Notes under the pieces: model-generated
Seen by the model: the letters and a program-made list of their open reading frames with translations, nothing else
Told to the model about the DNA's origin: nothing
The model's database searches: none
Made by a program: the position numbers and the translations under genes
In this document: piece by piece, positions 15,769-26,176 of the stretch
Layout: each line of letters starts with the position of its first letter
How positions within the stretch are numbered: position 1 is the stretch's first letter
Source of the DNA: a virus
Taxonomy: Duplodnaviria > Caudoviricetes
DNA length: 30,108 bases
IMG/VR virus record: IMGVR_UViG_3300009095_000050
Coordinates: 1 to 30,108 of that record
Reading direction: 5' to 3' (one strand)

Positions 15769-18099
15769 CTATTGGTACAGTATTATGTCGTTCGGGCCAT
15801 CCCCATACTTTACAAAGTCCTCGATGCCGTCTCCGTATTTCAGCGCGTCGAAGACTTCCGGATCTTCAGCTACATCAACCGGCGTAGGTTTGGTTCCCAG
15901 CATCTTCCATCTTCCGCCCTTGTTTTCAACCTCAGCGTCCACCTCAAACAGGAAGTCGTAGAACGTTTCTTTCTCGTATGTAAACTTCACGATTCCAAAT
16001 GGATTATTCAAGATGTCCGCTAAAACAGATAGCCTTATCGGCGCTTGGAAATCGTGCATTTCGGGCAGGAAGTACGCGGGATCATTCAAATTAAGATCTT
16101 CGCCGTCATTGGATTGCCCCAGTGGGGTAGTTACCTGGAAACCGGAATTTTTGTCTTTGCTTTGGAAGAAATAAACGGGAATCTTCCGGTGCAGTGGAAT
16201 CGCAAGGTACCGCTGCCACATCAACATTATCTGACCTGGCGATATCCGCGCATTCATTACCGTTGTCGGGTTAATGATCCCACCGACATAGTTTATACCC
16301 TCAAGGCGCCGCGACATAAGCTCGCCGCCGCTGGTCTTCACCAGGTCGATAAAGAAAATCTTATCGTCATATCTAGAGTCCTTTGTTCCCGTCTCAGAAA
16401 TCTGTAAGCGTCGAGCTTCCTCTATTCCGCGACCATCTGCCCGGTAAACGCTCCTGATATCAAGTTCTTTTTTTACCGCCCGGAAGGAGTTGGTGTACTG
16501 CACTTCCGTATTGAACTCGTCGCGGCCGTTATCTTCCTCGTATTCTGTTTTTGGATATCCAACGATCACCGAATTGAAAATGAAATCTTTGGCGGGAGAA
16601 ATAACCAAGTCCGACACTTCGCCCAAATCCGCAATCAGATTCCTATTAAACATGGCGTCCTTTCGGTCTATCCGTATCCTGTTGTTGTTCTCGATTACAC
16701 AGGCGAGGTTCAGGATATTGTAGGACTTATACGCGTCACGCATGGACGTCGAAACTTGCGTTTCTTCCAGCGGGACACCGCGCAGAAGGTCACCCTTTGT
16801 GATGGCCAAGTACGCAAACTCTCCATCCTCCTCATATCCCAAGTCTTCACGGCCAAACAAGGGGGAATATACCGCGTTATCCAGACCGGTCATTTGGGCA
16901 ATTAGATTTGTAAACAATTCGTGCGGAAGTATGACCGGGGCTTTGGTGTCGGGGTATGTACTGTTCTGCAGGATAGTCATGTGCATTTCGTTATACACAG
17001 TTTCTACCTTAAATTCCGTCATAGGAGCAGCACCGTCAACTTCCGGATCCATCGCAGGGCCTATGCCCATAGGAAAATCACGATAGGCATCACCGCCATA
17101 CCAAATGTTTACATACCGCTCATTTGTAAACATAATGTACTGATCCGGGCCGACTGTCACAGCGCCTTGAAACGAATCCATATACGTTCCGCTGGGGAAT
17201 AATGAACTTGCTCCCCCGCCAATGGTCGGCACTTCGTTTGTGTAAATATCGTTCCCATTGATAACCTTCTGATAAAGGATAGTGTCAATGGTGTTATCAG
17301 CGTTCATCCGAAGGAACCGGATGACGTTTTTCACGGCGTGATACCGCGGTGGCGCACCATGCGGCACCGATTCGCTAAGCCTATGTGGAAGGGTCAGCGG
17401 TCCGGTGTAGGTCATTGTGTAGTTGATGTCCCACTCGATATTGAGCGTCTGGGTAAGAGGAGAACGGTTTTCAAAGATGGCGTTTTCGCGGTGATACAGC
17501 GTCTCGATCTCATGACCTACCTCGATATTATTGATGTTCTGAACCGTAGGGTTGTCGTTGACTTTGATCAGAAACGGCAGTGTGTGGTGATAAATCTGAG
17601 GTTCATTTCCATAGATTGCGCCATCGAATTCACTGTACCGCTGCAATACTCGATCCCGTATAGTGGCTATCTTGACATCTGCTGGGTTGATCTGCTTTCG
17701 GTTTGTGGATAAATTATTGAGAACATTGAACTTCACGCTTTCAAAGTTCTGGAAGGATTCAACGAACGCAGACTGAATAATATCTACCTGAAACTTTCTG
17801 TACCTGCGGTCCTCTTTATAGTTCTCATAGTTTACTTTTCCTTCAAAGATAAACTCCCCGTTCCCGTACAACCGGAATAAAACATCCGCATCTCCGCCGT
17901 ATCGAAGTCTTTGAGACTGTAAGAATTTGAACCCATCGCCAACGAAATTGAACTCTACCGACAGGGTTTTGAATACCCCGAAATAGGTCATGTCCTTTAT
18001 GACGTTGATCTTCGTTTGGTCCCAGCCGTCCGGGGCGTCCTGCAGGCTTAACCGTTCGCCGGAGTCGTTGGAAAGCAATATATACTGGTACTTACCCAT
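15769..18099 (-). CDS. Distal tail/baseplate hub protein
   Basis: 776 aa immediately after the tape measure. The APDGWD N-terminus and NGRDEFNT motif are reminiscent of Bacteroidota phage tail proteins. Confidence 0.6.
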   Translation of the reverse strand: MGKYQYILLSNDSGERLSLQDAPDGWDQTKINVIKDMTYFGVFKTLSVEFNFVGDGFKFLQSQRLRYGGDADVLFRLYGNGEFIFEGKVNYENYKEDRRYRKFQVDIIQSAFVESFQNFESVKFNVLNNLSTNRKQINPADVKIATIRDRVLQRYSEFDGAIYGNEPQIYHHTLPFLIKVNDNPTVQNINNIEVGHEIETLYHRENAIFENRSPLTQTLNIEWDINYTMTYTGPLTLPHRLSESVPHGAPPRYHAVKNVIRFLRMNADNTIDTILYQKVINGNDIYTNEVPTIGGGASSLFPSGTYMDSFQGAVTVGPDQYIMFTNERYVNIWYGGDAYRDFPMGIGPAMDPEVDGAAPMTEFKVETVYNEMHMTILQNSTYPDTKAPVILPHELFTNLIAQMTGLDNAVYSPLFGREDLGYEEDGEFAYLAITKGDLLRGVPLEETQVSTSMRDAYKSYNILNLACVIENNNRIRIDRKDAMFNRNLIADLGEVSDLVISPAKDFIFNSVIVGYPKTEYEEDNGRDEFNTEVQYTNSFRAVKKELDIRSVYRADGRGIEEARRLQISETGTKDSRYDDKIFFIDLVKTSGGELMSRRLEGINYVGGIINPTTVMNARISPGQIMLMWQRYLAIPLHRKIPVYFFQSKDKNSGFQVTTPLGQSNDGEDLNLNDPAYFLPEMHDFQAPIRLSVLADILNNPFGIVKFTYEKETFYDFLFEVDAEVENKGGRWKMLGTKPTPVDVAEDPEVFDALKYGDGIEDFVKYGDGPNDIILYQ

Positions 18100-21000
18100 T
18101 CCGCAGGCTTTGAATGTACGTTACCCTAGTTCCACCCTTACGGTATCCTGCAACCTGACCCATTACGCGAACCTCTTTTTTGTTTCGTATTGACCTGTCG
18201 ATCCTGTCAAGTTTCGTTTCCATTCGGGATGAGTCGAACTTTTCCACCCGATCAGATTTTGCCGAATATTTCAGCCCGTTAAGCGCCAGCCAAGCAAGCG
18301 TTTCATCGTGCGGAGTGATCGATGCGCCGGCAGGCAGATCAATAACCGAGTCACGATCAGGAGTCATCGCCAGTTTGCCAGAAGCGTACCGGATCAACTC
18401 AAAGCCTTCCTCCCCTACACGGATAGGCCCGCCTTTATGGTTCTCGATACCTTCAGCCGCGGCAGGGATCTGAGGGATAGGCTTCGCAGCGATGGCGGCG
18501 ATTTGGATGGCGCCGAGTGCACCGACTGCTGCGGCTGCGGGTACACCTGCCGGGAATCCCAGCGTTGCGAAAGTCTTTATCACCGCCAGCGCGGTGTTGA
18601 TCGCCGCAGACGCTATGCCTTGAGCCTTTTCGTAAATAGCCGCCTTGCGTTGCTGCTGAAGTTTCTTGCGTTCTATCGCTTCCTCCTTCTTCGCGTATTC
18701 TTCTTCGATTTCAGCCTGACGTTGACGTGAGCTTTCCTGGATAGCCTGCTTCTGTTCGGCTGTCAGCCCTTCCCTTTCCAGCGCAAACTCCCGTATTTCT
18801 TCCTCATGCTTCAAAAGAGCTTCCCGCTGGGCAATAACTGCATCTTGTTCGCGATCCAATTCAGCAATCCTACGATCTGTCAGTGAAGTAAACAGCTCCC
18901 CGATAGAGTTTGAAAATTCCTCATAATACCCCTGAACCTTTTCAAGCACGCGTATTTCTTCATCGAAACGGTGCTGAACTACGTCAACGATTGATTCATT
19001 AAGCTTAACTTCCAGTTTGTAAAGCTCATTCCTGATTGCGGCCTGTTCACTCGCAGATTGCTCGGTGATTTGCGTAATTTCGTCCTGCGTTTCCTTCTCA
19101 ATCTGTATTTGAGCAGAAGCAAACAGTTCCGGGTTGTCCTTATACTGTTCTTTGAGGATTGCTAACCGCCTATCTGCACCCTCGCGCACGACAGCTATTT
19201 CCTGTTCCCGAGTGTTGGTTTCATTCTCCAACATTTCACCGAGAACAGCTATTTGTTCCTCAATCAACTGCCTGTTTGTGTTCCTGCGTAGCTGTACTAT
19301 GTCAAACTCTGCCTTTTCGCGTGTGATCAGCCCGGAAAGGTATTGTTGGTTGATAATGTCGATTTCTTCCTGTATGAACTTCTCGACCTGTTCTACACGT
19401 GCCTTGCCTTCCCTGATAGCTGAATCCTCGGACAGTTTTATCCTGTCGATAGCAGCCTTTTTGTCGCGCTCGATGATTTGGGTTTGAAGCATTGCAATCT
19501 GGCGCGTATTACGAACCCTTGCGGCATGAGCATCAGCCTCCAGTTGAATTATCTCAGCTTCGAGTTCCTTTTGCCTCAAAAGATCATCCTCATTTGACTT
19601 TGACAGTTTCATCCGCTCGTTGAAAATGTAAAGTTCCTGACGTGCCTTTTGAATCCGTCCAGACTCAAGCTTATCACGTGCTTCACGTTCCCGGTTAGCA
19701 GCTTTCAATCTTTCTTCCTCAGTAAGCAATGAATCTGCTGCTATTTCGCGCTGTTTGTTGATCTCCCTATTAAGTTGGGCCTCTTTAACCAGCCATTCAC
19801 GCTTTTTAACAATGAGTTCGTTTTCAAGACGCTGCAATTCCACAGCCCTGTTTACTTCCTGCGCTGTTTCTTTAACCCACTCCTTGACCTTCTGGAATCC
19901 CTTCGCTGCCTTATCGACAAAGTTATCAATGCCGGTTTGCGCCTGGATAAAAGACTCTGCACCTCGTTTGCCAGCGTCTACCAAATCCTTTTTAGCCTGT
20001 TCAAGAGCAGCTTTATCCTCATTCCCCCAAAGGCCTTTGATCTTTTCTTTGATGATCGTGAAAGTAGCCACCCCGGCATCTTTCATGGCGATGAACAAAT
20101 CAATTGTTCCTTGGATACGGTTAACGATATTCTCCTTGATGGCCTCCCACAGGTCAATCGCGGCTTGTTTTGGGTTACTCAGTGCGTCGAAAATAGCCTT
20201 TCCAACGTCCATGAATACATCTTTGGCAGATGCAAATACCTGATTAACCCCAGCCATGATTAGCCTTAGACGCTGAGCGCCTTCCTCTGTGCCCTTGAAA
20301 TAACTGATCAGTGAGGCAATAGCCCCCACGATGGCAAGAATTGGAATAGCGCGAAGTGCCAAGCTGAATAGCTTTGCCCTCTTTTCTGCGGTTGCCATGG
20401 CGCTGGATGCAGTCATCATTTGCGCCCCAACGCGACCCGTTGTTCCTCCGAAAAGCAACATAGGCGCGATGGCCTTTTGAATGGCCTCCGTATATCCTCC
20501 GACCTCTTTCTGGTTCTGCCCAATGGCTTTTGAAAGTTCCTTTGATTCCTTGTCTTGCGACTGAATAACTTTAAGAAGTTCTTGCCCCTGCTTGCTATTG
20601 CGCTGTTCTTCGTTGGTAAGCTTAGACCATTCCTCACGATTCTTGCGAAGCGCTGCTTCCAACACCTTCAAGCTTGCGTTTTTAGCGTTTATGGCTTTCG
20701 AGTCTCGCCCTTCCAGGGTAATATGATCCTGAATATCCTTGTTAGCGTCCCTGAGCTTCAGGGTGTATTCTGCCATCCGCGTATTTGACGCGTTGATGAT
20801 TTCGTTATACTCCGTCCGGGTGATTTGCCCAAGCTTCAGCGATTCTGCCTCCTCTTTCTGTGATCGTTTTTCTTCGTCGATGTATTTTGTAAGCTGATCG
20901 CGCTTTTGAATTAATTCCTCTAGCGATCCTTTTTCCGCGATAAATCCCTTCTGAATCTCTTTCGTGGCCTGATTTGCCTTTTTGGAAGTCTGCTGCATAG

Positions 21001-21364
21001 CTGCACCCCATGCAGTGGCGGCATTGGCAGCCTTGGCCATTTCCTGTTCCTGCTGACTAATGACGGTGCCTGTCTTCTTCGATTCTGACGCCAGCTTCTT
21101 CTCATATTCAATGACCTCGTTTTGTGAGGTAATGATGACCTTTTGCGTCTCGTTGAGTTCCTTCTGAGCTTTTGAAAGCTTCTCGGTTTCAGATTTGAGT
21201 TTTGATACAGACGTGGCAGACGTAAGTGATTTTTCAAGCTGCTTCATCTGGTCAACGATGGAAGTCAGCGCCGGGGGTATCTGTATTAAATTTGACAACA
21301 ACTCAAGCGGTGCCCGGATGGCGTCATCGCTTATAATGTCCTCGCGTCTGATTTGATCAGCCAT
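18092..21364 (-). CDS. Tail tape measure protein
   Basis: 1090 aa, highly helical/coiled-coil, central hydrophobic stretch, C-terminal AAAAVGALGAIQIAAIAA...GG..VGEEG.E.I signature. Confidence 0.9.
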   Translation of the reverse strand: MADQIRREDIISDDAIRAPLELLSNLIQIPPALTSIVDQMKQLEKSLTSATSVSKLKSETEKLSKAQKELNETQKVIITSQNEVIEYEKKLASESKKTGTVISQQEQEMAKAANAATAWGAAMQQTSKKANQATKEIQKGFIAEKGSLEELIQKRDQLTKYIDEEKRSQKEEAESLKLGQITRTEYNEIINASNTRMAEYTLKLRDANKDIQDHITLEGRDSKAINAKNASLKVLEAALRKNREEWSKLTNEEQRNSKQGQELLKVIQSQDKESKELSKAIGQNQKEVGGYTEAIQKAIAPMLLFGGTTGRVGAQMMTASSAMATAEKRAKLFSLALRAIPILAIVGAIASLISYFKGTEEGAQRLRLIMAGVNQVFASAKDVFMDVGKAIFDALSNPKQAAIDLWEAIKENIVNRIQGTIDLFIAMKDAGVATFTIIKEKIKGLWGNEDKAALEQAKKDLVDAGKRGAESFIQAQTGIDNFVDKAAKGFQKVKEWVKETAQEVNRAVELQRLENELIVKKREWLVKEAQLNREINKQREIAADSLLTEEERLKAANREREARDKLESGRIQKARQELYIFNERMKLSKSNEDDLLRQKELEAEIIQLEADAHAARVRNTRQIAMLQTQIIERDKKAAIDRIKLSEDSAIREGKARVEQVEKFIQEEIDIINQQYLSGLITREKAEFDIVQLRRNTNRQLIEEQIAVLGEMLENETNTREQEIAVVREGADRRLAILKEQYKDNPELFASAQIQIEKETQDEITQITEQSASEQAAIRNELYKLEVKLNESIVDVVQHRFDEEIRVLEKVQGYYEEFSNSIGELFTSLTDRRIAELDREQDAVIAQREALLKHEEEIREFALEREGLTAEQKQAIQESSRQRQAEIEEEYAKKEEAIERKKLQQQRKAAIYEKAQGIASAAINTALAVIKTFATLGFPAGVPAAAAVGALGAIQIAAIAAKPIPQIPAAAEGIENHKGGPIRVGEEGFELIRYASGKLAMTPDRDSVIDLPAGASITPHDETLAWLALNGLKYSAKSDRVEKFDSSRMETKLDRIDRSIRNKKEVRVMGQVAGYRKGGTRVTYIQSLRNG

Positions 21365-21983
21365 GCTTTACCCCGTTCTTTCGTGCCTTACTCTGTTTTT
21401 CAATGCGTTTTTTAAGTGCGTTGTACTGGCTTAGTCTTATGTCATCCTGGATGATCATGGGAGCCACGGCCAACGACAAAGCCGCCCAAATGTCATCAAA
21501 TGTTTCCTTCGGTCCTTCTTCTTTTTGCTCACTGCCCGTGAGCCGGTCCAATTCATTCTTCTTTGAATTATACTTCGTGATCAGGTTGTCCGATTGCCTG
21601 AAGGCCCGCTCAACACTTTGCGCAAGTGTTATGGAGTTTGTCATATCCACCTTGTATCCGCACTCCCTTACCTCCTGAACAACCGTGTAATCAATCGGAT
21701 TGTGCGCCAACCGCCACAGCAACGCCCTTACCTTAGTATGTTTCGCAACCAGTAGCAAGTAAGACTTATACAAGTAAAAATACTGATCAAAATTAAAACT
21801 ACCGTTTGCTTTTGCATTCAGTTGGATGATTCTCTCCCACTTTTCCACTGCTTCTTCGTGATCGTACCGACCCTTGATCAGTAACGGGCGAAGGTCCCCT
21901 GAATTTGCAACTTCAATGAACGTCTTTAAGGTGATGGTTTCATAATGGTGATAAGATCCTCGCAAAATAGCTAAGGATTTCAT
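21357..21983 (-). CDS. Putative tail assembly chaperone
   Basis: ORF track 21357..22052, likely start MKSLAIL at 21983; helical protein directly upstream of the tape measure. Confidence 0.5.
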   Translation of the reverse strand: MKSLAILRGSYHHYETITLKTFIEVANSGDLRPLLIKGRYDHEEAVEKWERIIQLNAKANGSFNFDQYFYLYKSYLLLVAKHTKVRALLWRLAHNPIDYTVVQEVRECGYKVDMTNSITLAQSVERAFRQSDNLITKYNSKKNELDRLTGSEQKEEGPKETFDDIWAALSLAVAPMIIQDDIRLSQYNALKKRIEKQSKARKNGVKHG

Positions 21984-22389
21984 CTTTGAGATAGGACTGA
22001 TTAAGCTCCCGAAGGTTTTCTTCATTAATCCCGAGGATTGCACCATAATCACTTTTTAGCATTTCTGTTTTTTCGTCCCTCCCCTCGAACATTACCGGGA
22101 ATTGGTCAGCGTCCAAAAATATACCGCGGTAAAAATCTCCCTGGTCGAATAGTCTTATCGGTCCTTCTGGTTTTCCGAATACTTGTACCGACGTTGGGCT
22201 GTAATCCGGCAGCATGCTACCGTCTGGCCTTTCACCCTCCCATAACTGGTCGGTGTTCATATTGGTTATCACTTCTTCATGGTCGCGGATTATTTGTAAC
22301 AGGGATTCGTTTACGTCCTCCTCCGTGACCTGCTGAAGCTTAGCGATATATTCACCGAGCCTCCCCACGAACAAAAAGCCAACTGACAA
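21940..22389 (-). CDS. Neck/tail-completion protein (HK97 gp10-like/virion morphogenesis-like)
   Basis: NTDQLWEG...YSPTS...K...PIRLFDQGDFYRGI...YGAILGINEEN pattern; start codon uncertain. Confidence 0.55.
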   Translation of the reverse strand: MSVGFLFVGRLGEYIAKLQQVTEEDVNESLLQIIRDHEEVITNMNTDQLWEGERPDGSMLPDYSPTSVQVFGKPEGPIRLFDQGDFYRGIFLDADQFPVMFEGRDEKTEMLKSDYGAILGINEENLRELNQSYLKDEILSYFARILSPL

Positions 22390-22537
22390 ACAACCCGATA
22401 CCGTACATCACTGCATGAATAACCAATGAAATCAAAAACCACCGTTCAACCCAAATTGACAGTATTCCACCCATCATCAAAACTGAAATTGCGATGACTA
22501 CAAGCCGGGCCACAAACTGAATGATCTTGAATTCCAT
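22352..22537 (-). CDS. Small two-TM membrane protein
   Basis: 61 aa with two long hydrophobic segments; follows the terminator. Confidence 0.55.
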   Translation of the reverse strand: MEFKIIQFVARLVVIAISVLMMGGILSIWVERWFLISLVIHAVMYGIGLFVSWLFVRGEAR

Positions 22538-22549
22538 AATCTAAGGTTT

Positions 22550-22584
22550 AAAAAGGGAGCCTCGCTAACACTCGAGGCCCCTTT
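22550..22584 (-). terminator. Rho-independent terminator after the major tail gene
   Basis: Minus strand reads AAAGGGGCCTCG-AGTGTTAG-CGAGGCTCCC-TTTTT: GC stem with one bulge plus a U tract. Confidence 0.75.
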
Positions 22585-22615
22585 CTCACATGAAACCTAC
22601 CCGACCAAAGGTATC

Positions 22616-23497
22616 TTAAGCAATAGTGACAGACACCACGTTGCTTTCGTAAGCCTGAATACTCAAATCAGCGGGTGCACTGAGAGACACGGTGCCAGAC
22701 TCAAGGTCAGTCCCCGCCAGGTTGTAACGACCTGGAACGGTTGTGCTTGGTGTCACTGCTACAGTTTGAGCAGCACCAGTTTCGTCAAGAACAACGAAGT
22801 CAGCAGTCACTAGCCCGAGAAGCGGCTCCCCGTCGCAAGACTGTGCAACGTCAACCACGATAAGAGCATCTGTCGCACTCACTACAGTAATGTCCACATC
22901 CATGAGTACATCGAGGGAACTTATGCTCCATGATGGTGCTACGCGGATCAGACCATAATCGTAGTGGTTGATTTCGTTCGGATTGGCAAGGCCGACACGT
23001 ACCGGCGTTTCAGATGGACGCGTACCATCGTTGAAGCGCAGGTTTTCAGTGTGCAGCATTTCAATCGTGAATCCAGCAAAGTGAGGAACGCCACCGACCA
23101 TGACCTTTGTACCGTACAGGTTACCGGCTTGATCAATCAGGATAATACGTCCTTCACTTGCGCGGTGTGAAAATGCGGCCTTGTGGAAGCAGGTTGTTTT
23201 CGAAAATAGGAACAACCATTCATACTTACCGTCAACAACGGGAGCCACACCGGCCACATTTCGCAGATAAACGGTTTCTGATCCCGCATACTCAGGCACG
23301 TCGTTGACGTTTGGCCATTTGTAAATACGGTTTGCAGGATCTGCTACTATCGCATCCTGCCAAGTATCCTGCTCAAGCGCGTCATCAAACGGCACCGACC
23401 AATTGCGCGGGGTCGTGATGAAGCTTTGCAGTGTAGTTGGGAGGTCCATGCATCTGCCGACCCCCAAATTTTTTTTGTCAATGTCACATACTGCCAT
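22616..23497 (-). CDS. Major tail (tube) protein with C-terminal Ig-like extension
   Basis: 293 aa, beta-rich, N-terminal C...NLGVGRC; located after the head-tail genes and followed by a terminator. Confidence 0.7.
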   Translation of the reverse strand: MAVCDIDKKNLGVGRCMDLPTTLQSFITTPRNWSVPFDDALEQDTWQDAIVADPANRIYKWPNVNDVPEYAGSETVYLRNVAGVAPVVDGKYEWLFLFSKTTCFHKAAFSHRASEGRIILIDQAGNLYGTKVMVGGVPHFAGFTIEMLHTENLRFNDGTRPSETPVRVGLANPNEINHYDYGLIRVAPSWSISSLDVLMDVDITVVSATDALIVVDVAQSCDGEPLLGLVTADFVVLDETGAAQTVAVTPSTTVPGRYNLAGTDLESGTVSLSAPADLSIQAYESNVVSVTIA

Positions 23498-23519
23498 GTT
23501 TAGCTTATGTTTTGTCAGT

Positions 23520-24050
23520 TTAACAATTCGGTAATTTTTTCAAGCGAAGATTGATGATTTCAATGGCGTCAATCGGCTCGTTGAATATGTTTTTTTCATT
23601 CTTTTCCGGTCCAGGTGTGCCCCAAAAGTATCGGTTTATCTTCGTGTGAGGCGGCTCATATTGCTGCCCCTGCCAGAAGAATAGACCGCTTGTTTTCAGT
23701 GCTTCCATGAATCGGACGTATAAAGGTTCCAGTATTGGATCAAAAACATTGGCCTTTCGCTGTCGGGCGTTGTATTGCTTTTGTGTGCTCTCAACTATTG
23801 CTAAGTTCAGCGAGTATTCAGTTATCCCGCCGCCGGTTTTTATCTCCGGAATGTCCAGCCGTAGGGCGATCAAGGGAAATTTCTGATACTTGTACTTGTT
23901 GTCAAGATTCTTAATGTCCAGTCCCATCGCGATTTCATGCCGGTGCCCATACTCGAAATATGGCGATCCAGCTCCTTTGGCCAGCGGGTCGATGATAGGA
24001 TCACGCAGCGATGCAACAACCGTCTCAATATCTTGTATGATATCGGTCAT
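23520..24050 (-). CDS. Tail terminator/head-tail joining protein
   Basis: Start MTDIIQDIE (ATG 24050, ATGA overlap). FEYGH, KYQKFPLIAL and FDPILEPLY..FME motifs; position before the tail tube gene. Confidence 0.6.
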   Translation of the reverse strand: MTDIIQDIETVVASLRDPIIDPLAKGAGSPYFEYGHRHEIAMGLDIKNLDNKYKYQKFPLIALRLDIPEIKTGGGITEYSLNLAIVESTQKQYNARQRKANVFDPILEPLYVRFMEALKTSGLFFWQGQQYEPPHTKINRYFWGTPGPEKNEKNIFNEPIDAIEIINLRLKKLPNC

Positions 24051-24637
24051 ATGTTCAACGTGTTCATGCGATCCGGCCACCAGGTAGCGCGATGCAGGTA
24101 AGACGAAACAAGATCATAACCACCAAGCACATCCAGGTACAAATCATCCGAGTAGTGCAGGTAACCGTACAAAGTGTTTTTCAACTGGTACTTGTTGCCT
24201 ACCATCCTTGAAAATGCGTTGTATCCCTGGACGATAATGCGTGATGGATTAACCACCCTCCCGTTCTCTGCTTTTGGTTCAATAATTGAAAGCGTAGTAG
24301 GGTATTGAAACGTGTCCCTGATCCACATTGAATGAATGTATGGAACGAGGATTTGCTTCAACCCATACCACTTATACGGATATATGCCGTCCGTATACCC
24401 AACCCCATCACGCAGCGCGACCCATCTAGGCTCAACTTCGATAGGGGGCAGCGCTTCGGGGTTGGGAACTACGGCAAGTCCGGCAGTCATAGCCTGATAT
24501 AGCGCGTCACCGAGAATCTTCGACAATACCTCCTGTTCCTTCTGCTCGATGTAATCGTTGAAGGTGTTTATTACCTGATCCAAATTTGGAAGCTGGTAAG
24601 GCGGCACGCCGAAATCGTCTATAGTGACAAAGGCCAT
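24047..24637 (-). CDS. Head-tail adaptor protein
   Basis: YIEQKEQEVLSKILGDALY and W.AL.DG..Y...W.GL pattern; position after the capsid gene. Confidence 0.6.
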   Translation of the reverse strand: MAFVTIDDFGVPPYQLPNLDQVINTFNDYIEQKEQEVLSKILGDALYQAMTAGLAVVPNPEALPPIEVEPRWVALRDGVGYTDGIYPYKWYGLKQILVPYIHSMWIRDTFQYPTTLSIIEPKAENGRVVNPSRIIVQGYNAFSRMVGNKYQLKNTLYGYLHYSDDLYLDVLGGYDLVSSYLHRATWWPDRMNTLNI

Positions 24638-24656
24638 GTTTGGAATCCTTTACTGG

Positions 24657-24848
24657 TTACTTTTCAGCCTTTTTAGAGGCCTTTCCTGCTGGTTTCTGTG
24701 TCGGTTTGTCTTCGGATGCTACACCCTTTGCAACCAGTTTTGCAGCCGGGATTGAGTGAAGTTTGTACTCTTTGCCGAAGGCAAGGCGACCCTTTCCCGT
24801 TCCATACACAGTTACCACGTCTTTTTTCTTTGCAAGTTTCTCTGCCAT
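24657..24848 (-). CDS. Small basic protein following the major capsid gene
   Basis: MAEKLAKK...AAKLVAKGVA with a Lys-rich tail; alternative start at 24875 (TAATG with the capsid stop). Confidence 0.6.
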   Translation of the reverse strand: MAEKLAKKKDVVTVYGTGKGRLAFGKEYKLHSIPAAKLVAKGVASEDKPTQKPAGKASKKAEK

Positions 24849-24874
24849 GATTATGGTATTTTCAGTTGTGAACA

Positions 24875-26176
24875 TTACTCGATTTCTTCTTCTTCAGCTG
24901 TTACCAATTCCTTGATAGCGTCGAACTCACCATGCACAAACGATCCGTCATTGTTTGATGCGATGTAGTTGTGGAAGAACTGTTCCACGATAACACGGAA
25001 GCGGTTGTGATCGAAGTCAGGTTGAACGTCTGTCACGTTACCGCCGCCATTTGAAGTACCACCGGTCACAGTTACACCATAACCCATACGCACAGTGATA
25101 GGCTCTTGCTCGATTTCCCACAGGCCAGATTCACCAAGGATGAATTCACCCACAGGTATTTTTGTTGACGTACGAACCTGGAAGCCCATCAGGCGCGGTG
25201 CACCAGTAGGGTCGATTGACGGGATGTTCAGGAAGAACTGTCCATTTGATCCCTGGAGCATACCAATCCGCCATTTGTCCTCAGGGTTGAGTATAAGCAT
25301 GTCAGGTACGAAACCAAGCGCTTCGATCTGCGCTGCTACCGCTGCAATTGCATGGTAATCGGTCACCTGCTCAGCAGGGTACTGTCCATCAAGAGCGGAA
25401 GAAACGTAAGAAGCAGCATCACCTAAAAGGCTTGTGGTAAGGATACCAGCCTTATCGCGAAGCATCTTTTGCTGGATGATGCGCTGAATAATGTTGTACG
25501 CGTTCCGGCGGAACTTCGCGAATTCTTCAGTCACAACATACTTTCCAGCCACTTTGCGAACTGTGGAGTAGTTGCGAACCAGTGAAGTCGAAACAAGCGG
25601 TTTCAACCCGCCTTCTGCCACAACTGCAAACGCACCTTCTTCAGAACCTTCTTCAAGCCAGATTTTGTACTGCTCTACTTCATCAACAGTTGTCACGTTT
25701 GCAAGGTCGTACACATACTCGCGTGCCTGGCGCTTGGGAACAAACGCAGCCTCTGAGAATGATTCAATCAACGCATCAGGCAGGGTTGAGTGACCCGTTA
25801 CGCCGTTGGTGGTAGTCATTACCGCTGCGGCTTTAACATTTAGCCTGATTTCCTGGTTGGACGAGCGATCATGGAAAATCTTTTCAGCGTCCTTCAGTTT
25901 CGCATCGAGCGCTACTTTGAAAGGATTCTCATCAGATTTACCTTTTACGCCTTCCGCAAGGGCGGTGATGGCCTCTCCTTGTTTTTTCAGGATTGCCGTG
26001 ATGCCTTTGTCCGGATCAGTGAATTGCTTTAGCTGATCGAGGTCAAGGCCCTCAAAAGCCTTCATCCTTGCGGCAACAGCTTTGTCGAGGTCTTCTTTTG
26101 TGAGGAAGCCTTTTTTGCTCAAGCTCTCCTCAAACTGGGTTTTAATCTTACCCAGCAACACTTCTTCTTCGTTCAT
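24875..26176 (-). CDS. Major capsid protein, HK97 fold, with N-terminal scaffolding delta domain
   Basis: 433 aa; helical N-terminus, VAEGGLKP, ILNPEDKWRI..GSNGQF, LMGFQVRTSTKIPVGEFILG and DFDHNRFRVIVE. Confidence 0.92.
   Translation of the reverse strand: MNEEEVLLGKIKTQFEESLSKKGFLTKEDLDKAVAARMKAFEGLDLDQLKQFTDPDKGITAILKKQGEAITALAEGVKGKSDENPFKVALDAKLKDAEKIFHDRSSNQEIRLNVKAAAVMTTTNGVTGHSTLPDALIESFSEAAFVPKRQAREYVYDLANVTTVDEVEQYKIWLEEGSEEGAFAVVAEGGLKPLVSTSLVRNYSTVRKVAGKYVVTEEFAKFRRNAYNIIQRIIQQKMLRDKAGILTTSLLGDAASYVSSALDGQYPAEQVTDYHAIAAVAAQIEALGFVPDMLILNPEDKWRIGMLQGSNGQFFLNIPSIDPTGAPRLMGFQVRTSTKIPVGEFILGESGLWEIEQEPITVRMGYGVTVTGGTSNGGGNVTDVQPDFDHNRFRVIVEQFFHNYIASNNDGSFVHGEFDAIKELVTAEEEEIE

Noticed and set aside
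18092-21364. SMC/chromosome-segregation ATPase call for the long coiled-coil protein
   Set aside because: It has no Walker motifs; its position and C-terminal signature indicate a tape measure protein.
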